Assembly (NCBI GenBank): GCA_965233865.1
Contig: OZ247587.1
Location: forward strand, 1,632,001 to 1,696,000
DNA from: Candidatus Neptunichlamydia sp.
Lineage (GTDB): Bacteria > Chlamydiota > Chlamydiia > Chlamydiales > Simkaniaceae
Direction: 5' to 3'
Length of the DNA: 64,000 nt
A model generated the notes under the pieces. That model saw only the letters and a list, made by a program, of their open reading frames with translations. It did not search any database and had not been told where the DNA came from. Positions 58,061-64,000 of the stretch are shown here, piece after piece. The translations under genes and the position numbers were made by a program. Numbering within the stretch: the first letter of the stretch is position 1; each line of letters opens with the position of its first letter.

Positions 58061-58733
58061 AGAAGAGCGCCCCCGTGAGCGCCTTCTTCAACAAGGAAGT
58101 GATGCCCTTTCACTCATCGAGCTGCTTGCAATTTGTCTAGGGAGTGGCAGGCGCGGTGTTTCTGTAATTAGTCTTGCTGAAGAACTCCTTGCGCGTTTTG
58201 GGAGTCTATCCAACCTCTTCGATGCCTCTGTTCAATCTCTCATAGAAGTTAAAGGAATTGGGATGGCTAAGGCAATTCAGCTTAAAGCGACTTTTGCCCT
58301 TGCTAAACGAATTAACTATCTTGCCTACCGCCCTAAATATCCTGTCTATGGCCCAGATGATCTCCACGCTTATATTGGTCCAAAACTCCGTGATAAAAAA
58401 CAAGAATGCGTTGCCATTATGCTTCGTGATGCGCGGGGAAACCTATTTCATGATGAAATTCTTGGTATCGGAACCCTCACTCAGGTGATTATCCACCCCC
58501 GAGAGATTTTTCACCACGCTCTCTGCCATCGTGCTGCGAGCCTCGCTATTGCTCATAATCACCCTAGCGGCAATCATTCCCCCTCGGTAGCTGATATTGA
58601 GCTCACGAAGCTCCTAGCTTCTTCTGGCCGCCTCCTCGGTATTCCTCTTGATGACCATCTTATTATCGGTAGCTCGAGCTACACCTCTCTTTGGAAGGAG
58701 GGAGTCATTAAGTCTAACGGAAACACCTTCTGA
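58035..58733 (+). CDS. radC: RadC family JAB-domain protein
   Basis: ERPRERL, HPREIF, AHNHPSG..SPSVAD, and LDDHLIIG. Confidence 0.94.
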   Translation: MTALAQIPKEERPRERLLQQGSDALSLIELLAICLGSGRRGVSVISLAEELLARFGSLSNLFDASVQSLIEVKGIGMAKAIQLKATFALAKRINYLAYRPKYPVYGPDDLHAYIGPKLRDKKQECVAIMLRDARGNLFHDEILGIGTLTQVIIHPREIFHHALCHRAASLAIAHNHPSGNHSPSVADIELTKLLASSGRLLGIPLDDHLIIGSSSYTSLWKEGVIKSNGNTF

Positions 58734-58838
58734 ATTCATGAAAAATTAAGTCGCTTACTTTAAGAGATTTATTGGTTCATAATAACTGATATTTATAAAT
58801 CATTACTTATGATATAATTATAGTTAACATACAGGAAT

Positions 58839-60314
58839 ATGGTAAGGAAGATGTGTACTAAAATAAGCGATACACTTCGGTGCTCAAATATCATAAAACA
58901 GATAAACAACCATGCGAATAAAGGCGGCCTTCTTACAAGCGACATTGGTTTGAAAAATGGTGCGACATCACGATCATGCTGTTTTTGCTTAGATCGCCTG
59001 TGGGCATGGATGAAGGGAGTGAGCTACGACAAGAATGAAGTAGCCAAGTCCATCAATATAGCTTTTCAGGGTGTAAACTTAAGCCATTTGCAAGTCTCCG
59101 AAGTTGAATTAGCAACTTTTTGCAAAAATATTAATCAATTGAATCTTACCTTTGAAAAAGGGAATAAATTTGATCGAATCCTGATAAAAGTTATAACTGC
59201 AGTAAGTACGCACGTTCTCCAAAAAAAGCCAACTAGGCAAGGCTTGCCTGCGCCCAAGGTTAAACCTCAAGGGGCAATAGTTAACACCGGGCCTATGGAT
59301 GGGGAATTAGCAGCACGTCCTAACTTGAAAGACCCTATACATACTATTGGGCTTAGAGGGATTCCAAACCATTCTGACAACTGTTTTTTGATTTCAACTT
59401 ATCAGCTTGTGAAGAATAATCCGACTCTTTACGATGCAATTTTCAATTCACAAAAATTTAAGAACGATAAGAGTTTTGCTGCATTGCGAGAATTTGATCG
59501 TAAGTATGACTCTAAAGATCTTCTAACAAAAGATGATATGGAGCGTGTAAGAAAAAATTGTTTATCAAAATTTGAAATTCCAGCTCGTGGGCATCAAGAT
59601 GCAGAAGAGGTGTTGACTGCAGCTCTATTTAAATATGTTGAGTCACAAAACTTTATGCAATCTACAAGTATACTTGAGTTTACTATTCCTGCAAGTTCAA
59701 TAAACGCCGTTGTTAGTAACATAATTGGAGCTAAGGTAGTTAGTGTTAAGGTGAAAACAGATGGTCGATATGCTTTAAGAGTTCAAAAACAATTCAATAA
59801 AGACCAAGCCGGAAACATTCTTAATCTCCCCTTAAAGAATATGGGAGATAAGGTAGAATTTGAAAAAGTTTTTGAAATGGGCTTTCAAAAAGAAGGAGCA
59901 ACTTCTCTTGAAGATGGTGATTATACTGTAGAGCTAAGTTCAGGCGATCAAATCTCAAAAGGACAGCAAATAGAAAGAGAGACTGTTTTTTCGGCTGGAA
60001 AGAGCGTTACAATATCTTTTAAACGTTTTGAGTGGCAAAGATATGGAAACGGGGGTGCTCCCCAAAAGATTAAGACGAGGGTCATCATTCCTTCAGGTGG
60101 ACACATCCAACTAGATAAAAGAGATGAACCTCACGTAGTGAAGGGTTTTGTTGTTCATCAAGGCGAGTGTTCTTATGGAGGTCATTATGTCGAATATCAG
60201 AAAATTGAAAACCAATGGTATCTTAATGACGACGGGTGTTCGAATCCGGTTTCAACAGAAGTTGCTCTTTTAAAGATGGAAGATGCGTACATCTTGCAAG
60301 CTGAAAAATTCTAA
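58839..60314 (+). CDS. Ubiquitin-specific protease (USP/peptidase C19)-like deubiquitinase
   Basis: Cys box GIPNHSDNCFLISTYQ, HQDAEEVL, ISFKRFE, His box VVHQG...GGHYVEY, WYLNDD, and AYIL. Confidence 0.82.
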   Translation: MVRKMCTKISDTLRCSNIIKQINNHANKGGLLTSDIGLKNGATSRSCCFCLDRLWAWMKGVSYDKNEVAKSINIAFQGVNLSHLQVSEVELATFCKNINQLNLTFEKGNKFDRILIKVITAVSTHVLQKKPTRQGLPAPKVKPQGAIVNTGPMDGELAARPNLKDPIHTIGLRGIPNHSDNCFLISTYQLVKNNPTLYDAIFNSQKFKNDKSFAALREFDRKYDSKDLLTKDDMERVRKNCLSKFEIPARGHQDAEEVLTAALFKYVESQNFMQSTSILEFTIPASSINAVVSNIIGAKVVSVKVKTDGRYALRVQKQFNKDQAGNILNLPLKNMGDKVEFEKVFEMGFQKEGATSLEDGDYTVELSSGDQISKGQQIERETVFSAGKSVTISFKRFEWQRYGNGGAPQKIKTRVIIPSGGHIQLDKRDEPHVVKGFVVHQGECSYGGHYVEYQKIENQWYLNDDGCSNPVSTEVALLKMEDAYILQAEKF

Positions 60315-60398
60315 AGGATTTTTTTGATGCCTACAAATGATGCTAACTCCTGAAAATTCAAATAATTTCTTTACTGTATAGCTCAAATATCTCTCTAT

Positions 60399-60995
60399 TT
60401 ATAGAGAGAAGCTAGTTTTTACAAGCTCAATAGCGCCAGTGGCAAACATCTGTACAGCAATGAGGGCGACAATCATTCCACCGAGGCGCTCAAATGCAAC
60501 AAGTCCTTTTTCACCAAGACCATATTTGAAAAATGAGGAAAGAAGAGCAATCACGCAGGAAACGACCATTGCAGCGCAAATAATTCCTGTCATGAGGAGA
60601 GAGTTTTCTACTCGTGATGAGTAGAGCATTACAGCAGTGATGGAGCCGGGACCTGCAATAACAGGGGTAGCAAGGGGAACAATCATGGGCTCATGTTGAG
60701 GCCCTTTCCTCTTATCTTCTGAAGGGAAAATCATCGTAATTGAAATAAGGAGGAGGAGGATTCCTCCAGCCATTCCAAGGATGTGTTCATTGATCCCAAG
60801 AACGTTAAAAATACCGCTTCCGAAATAATTAAAAAGGAGAAGAATCGCAAGGGCAAACCCAAATTCTCGAAGGAGGATAAAGCGCTGCTTTTGGATGGAA
60901 TATCGACCAAGTAGAGAAAGATATAGGGGTATATTTCCTAGGGCATTAATGACAAAAAATAATGCAACTGCCATTGAAACTGGACTTTGAGGCAT
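60399..60995 (-). CDS. MarC family membrane protein
   Basis: INALGNIP, IVPLATPVIAGPG, and ERLGGMI...IAVQM. Confidence 0.9.
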   Translation of the reverse strand: MPQSPVSMAVALFFVINALGNIPLYLSLLGRYSIQKQRFILLREFGFALAILLLFNYFGSGIFNVLGINEHILGMAGGILLLLISITMIFPSEDKRKGPQHEPMIVPLATPVIAGPGSITAVMLYSSRVENSLLMTGIICAAMVVSCVIALLSSFFKYGLGEKGLVAFERLGGMIVALIAVQMFATGAIELVKTSFSL

Positions 60996-61081
60996 AAAAA
61001 TTCTCCTTTAATCAGGCTAGTATAGACAATTCGTGAATTTTTTCGTAGGAATTTCCAAGGGAAGTTGGCATAATGCTCTGC

Positions 61082-62347
61082 ATGAAGAAATATAAAGTTG
61101 TCACTTTAGGGTGTAGAACTAACCAATATGAATCGCAGGCTTTTTTAGACCAACTTAAGAACCAGGGGTATCAAGAAGCTAGCAAAGGAGATAGGGCGGA
61201 TCTGTGTATTGTAAATACATGCACTGTGACTCAGTCTGCAGATAAGCGCTCACTTTATCAAATTCGGAAGCTTGCTCGCGATTATAATCCCTCGAGGCTT
61301 GTAGTGACAGGATGTTTAGCAGAGCGTTCAAGAAAAGAGCTTGAAGCTCTTCCTGAAGTGACGGATGTCATTCCCAATAGAAAAAAAGAAGAGCTTCTTC
61401 CAACAATCTTTCCTGAAATGGAATGGCCAGAGTTTTGTATCGAGCGTTTTGAAGCGCATACCCGCGCTTTCGTGAAAATTCAAGATGGATGTAATTCATA
61501 CTGTAGTTATTGCGTGATTCCGTTTGTGCGAGGGCGTTCTCGTTCTAAAAAGATGCTCGATATCCTACGAGAGATCGATTCGCTTGTTGAAAATGGATAC
61601 AAAGAAGTGGTCTTGACGGGAATTAATATTGGAGATTTTGGTCCGGAAAGGTTGAGTGACTTAGTGCGTCAAGTCGATAAAGTGGAAGGTTTGGAGCGGA
61701 TTCGTATTTCATCTATTGATCCTGATGAAATCGATGATGATCTTCTCGATGCCGTGATTAATGGAGAAAAAACGTGTCCTTCCATGCATATTGTCCTTCA
61801 ATCAGGATCAAATATGACCTTAAAACGGATGCGACGCAAGTACACTAAACAGGATTTTTTAGATGCAACTACAAAGCTTCAAAAAGCACATCCTCTGTTC
61901 ACCTTTACAACTGACATTATTGTTGGTTTTCCTGGTGAGACTGAGGAAGAGTTTGAGGAGACGTTGCAGCTGATGCGGGAGGTCCGCTTTGTAAAGGTTC
62001 ACATGTTCCCTTATAGCGACCGTCCTAAGACAAGGGCTTCACGAATGCCAAATAAGGTTTCTCGGGAAGTGATTGCAGAGAGAAAAACAAAGCTCTTAGA
62101 AGTGGCTAATCAAAATGCTTTTTCTCTTCGAGAGGATCTGCTGGGTCAAGAATTTTCAGTCCTACTGGAAACTGAGGAGCGTCCGGGTTATTTGATGGGG
62201 CATACGGAAAATTTTCTTCCTGTATTTGTTCCCAAAAAAGACCTTCGACCTAATACATTAATTAAAGTAAAAATCGCAGGTAACAACCCTGAAGGTTTCA
62301 TCGGTGAAAATAAAGCTGACAGAAAAATACAAACCCTTTTCGCATGA
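61082..62347 (+). CDS. mtaB: tRNA t6A37 methylthiotransferase
   Basis: TLGCRTNQYES, NTCTVT, KIQDGCNSYCSYC, HMFPYS.RP.T, and GHTENFL. Confidence 0.92.
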   Translation: MKKYKVVTLGCRTNQYESQAFLDQLKNQGYQEASKGDRADLCIVNTCTVTQSADKRSLYQIRKLARDYNPSRLVVTGCLAERSRKELEALPEVTDVIPNRKKEELLPTIFPEMEWPEFCIERFEAHTRAFVKIQDGCNSYCSYCVIPFVRGRSRSKKMLDILREIDSLVENGYKEVVLTGINIGDFGPERLSDLVRQVDKVEGLERIRISSIDPDEIDDDLLDAVINGEKTCPSMHIVLQSGSNMTLKRMRRKYTKQDFLDATTKLQKAHPLFTFTTDIIVGFPGETEEEFEETLQLMREVRFVKVHMFPYSDRPKTRASRMPNKVSREVIAERKTKLLEVANQNAFSLREDLLGQEFSVLLETEERPGYLMGHTENFLPVFVPKKDLRPNTLIKVKIAGNNPEGFIGENKADRKIQTLFA

Positions 62348-63389
62348 AGCGGGAACCTCCCTACTTATTCCTAGAAGCTCTTGGAAAGCGACGATATTCC
62401 CAGCCAAGATTCAGTTAGAAAGTCTTTTGTCAATCGGTGGGAAGCAGAATCTTTTTGTGATTCCTCAAATAGAGGGGCCTCTGGTGCGTTTTACCGTGAT
62501 GCAAGATTTAGAAAGACACTGGATTCGTGTATTCGGAGAAGGACCGCAGGGATATTTTTCTTACCGCCTTGTAGCCTCTGCTCATGAAATTGTCCTCTTT
62601 TTCGAAAGAGGACCCGAAGAAGGGATTCCATTTACTTTTGAGGGGGAAACAAAAATTCTGAGGCGCAAAGAGGAGCTGATTATCCCTACAGCTCTTTCGG
62701 CATTTCCTAAAATGCGTGGAGAGAAAATGCATTTTGGATGTTCTAAGAAGCAAGATTGGGCTCTTGTCAGAAGGAGACAGAGCGTTGAAGAAATTCTTCC
62801 TATTTGGTTCGAGCTTGGGAAACATGTGCCGAGTCATCCGATTTTAGAAGCAGGTATGTCGCGCCTCCTTGCATCTTGCAAAAAGCAGATTGAAGCAAAG
62901 GAGAACGATAAAATTGGAAACTCATTTATCGAGCTTTTTAAAGCTGGCTTTGAAGGGATCCTTTCCCCGCGACTTACCGATGCAGACCACCTTGGGTATC
63001 AAGAAAAGGAGGATATGATTCCAAAAGAAGCATCTCCACTTGTTCTCCTTGGGGAAGGGGCTCGTTTGATCCGCAGTCTTCTCGTTCAAAAACGGGAAAA
63101 AGGGATTACAATCCTTCCCTGTCTTCCTAAAGAACTTCACGCAGGGCGCTTTATCCATATCCAACTAAATGATACCTTGATAGCTGACTTGGAATGGTCT
63201 AAAAAATTGATTCGGTGTCTAGTGCTCCATCCTAAAGAAGCTCAGGATGTCACCTTTACTTTCCAATCTTCTATCGATTCATTTCGACTGCGCTTAGGGA
63301 GAAGGGGGCGCGGAAAGACTCTCAAAGCCGGAGAGACAATCACTCTCAAAGCGGATACCCTTTATATTCTTGATCGTTTCCAAAAGTAG
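62304..63389 (+). CDS. Hypothetical protein (C-terminus resembles a glycoside-hydrolase beta-sandwich)
   Basis: 361-aa ORF overlapping mtaB; ILPCLPKELHAGR...LEWSKK. Confidence 0.65.
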   Translation: MKIKLTEKYKPFSHEAGTSLLIPRSSWKATIFPAKIQLESLLSIGGKQNLFVIPQIEGPLVRFTVMQDLERHWIRVFGEGPQGYFSYRLVASAHEIVLFFERGPEEGIPFTFEGETKILRRKEELIIPTALSAFPKMRGEKMHFGCSKKQDWALVRRRQSVEEILPIWFELGKHVPSHPILEAGMSRLLASCKKQIEAKENDKIGNSFIELFKAGFEGILSPRLTDADHLGYQEKEDMIPKEASPLVLLGEGARLIRSLLVQKREKGITILPCLPKELHAGRFIHIQLNDTLIADLEWSKKLIRCLVLHPKEAQDVTFTFQSSIDSFRLRLGRRGRGKTLKAGETITLKADTLYILDRFQK

Positions 63390-63420
63390 AGGTAATAGAG
63401 GCGCCAAAAGCTCACTTTTT

Positions 63421-63446
63421 ATAACTAAAATAATTCACTTTATCTA
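63421..63446. repeat. Solo terminal repeat of the IS630/MITE family
   Basis: ATAACTAAAATAATTCACTTTATCTA followed by TA; 24/26 identical to the right end of MITE copy 2. Confidence 0.75.
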
Positions 63447-63532
63447 TAGAAGTCTTTCGAATTTTTTAGTAAACTTAATCAGTGGATTGGTTGCCTACTT
63501 TAATTCAGGATAGATTCATGATTGCAGCCAAA

Positions 63533-63562
63533 AAAACCAAAACTCAGATTTATTCATCTGAG
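63533..63562 (-). terminator. Probable terminator of the lipid kinase gene
   Basis: Minus strand CTCAGAT-GAATAA-ATCTGAG followed by a T-rich tail. Confidence 0.55.
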
Positions 63563-64000
63563 CTGGGAGTAAGGATTTTTAAGGAAGAGGGAAGGACCCG
63601 AATATAGACGTCTCCATCAAAGTCGAGGGGCTCTCCATCGATATGAAGAGTTTTAAGTGGTTTTTTAAGGATCACTTCTTGGCAGCGGAAGGTTTCAGTA
63701 TACTTGGAATCTTCAAGGTGTTTAGTGAATAGATCATGGACAAGTTTAGGGGCTGCATGAGGGGGGAATTCTTTCCAGATAATTACATCTAGAAAGCCAT
63801 CGTCGATTTTTGCATTGGGGGCGATGAAAGCATTGTTTCCATACTGTTTGGTATTTGCAAAGCAAATGAGAAACGCTTTTTTATGGAGGGGCTTTCCGTC
63901 AATAATGAGATCATAGTATTGCGGTTTGTATTGGGGAAGTTCGGAGAGAACGGCAAGGAGGTAAGAGGCAGGGCCGCGGATATTAAAATTGGCAAACGTA
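63550..64000 (-). CDS. Diacylglycerol/lipid kinase family protein, 3' part (5' end outside window; not in ORF track)
   Basis: Manual translation ...ANTKQYGNNAFIAPNAKIDDGFLDV...HIDGEP...RVLPSSLKIL. Confidence 0.85.
   Translation of the reverse strand, partial: TFANFNIRGPASYLLAVLSELPQYKPQYYDLIIDGKPLHKKAFLICFANTKQYGNNAFIAPNAKIDDGFLDVIIWKEFPPHAAPKLVHDLFTKHLEDSKYTETFRCQEVILKKPLKTLHIDGEPLDFDGDVYIRVLPSSLKILTPSSDE

Noticed and set aside
58035..58733. radC as a mobile-element marker
   Set aside because: It is the full-length chromosomal type at the end of the hflX operon, with no integrase nearby.
63789..63995. 68-aa ORF, or a frameshift in the lipid kinase gene
   Set aside because: It is an alternative frame; the kinase frame is open from the window end to TAA at 63550.
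1..64000. CRISPR array or cas genes
   Set aside because: No regularly spaced direct repeats or Cas motifs were seen; the recurring 26-bp sequences are IS630/MITE terminal repeats.

Overview
This 64-kb window looks like chromosomal DNA from an environmental member of the Chlamydiae. The evidence is chlamydial gene order (rnpA-rpmH divergent from rpmJ-rpsN, murF-mraY-murD-LysM-ftsW-murG-murC-ftsQ, phnP-hflX, free-standing tRNA-Ala/tRNA-Ile); a Simkaniaceae-like affiliation is inferred, not verified. Housekeeping genes (uvrD, uvrC, mutS, dnaG, adk, dcw cluster, mdh, gltA, mtaB, three tRNAs) alternate with decaying accessory stretches that hold IS630, IS5, IS4 and IS200 remnants and several pseudogenes. 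Main observations: (i) three eukaryote-like effector candidates, namely a USP/C19-type deubiquitinase, a CX5R SopB/IpgD-like phosphatase and a SET-domain methyltransferase; (ii) a 93-bp IS630-derived MITE present in two full copies plus one solo end, each full copy splitting a gene at a TA site whose frame can be rebuilt by hand; (iii) a separate 136-bp palindromic element; (iv) a candidate ~95-nt sRNA; (v) MurC without the usual chlamydial Ddl fusion; (vi) a DsbH-like thioredoxin with SxxS in place of CxxC; (vii) signal-peptide-like leaders on PdxH and Adk. No CRISPR array or rRNA was seen. All calls come from reading motifs by eye; no database searches were run.
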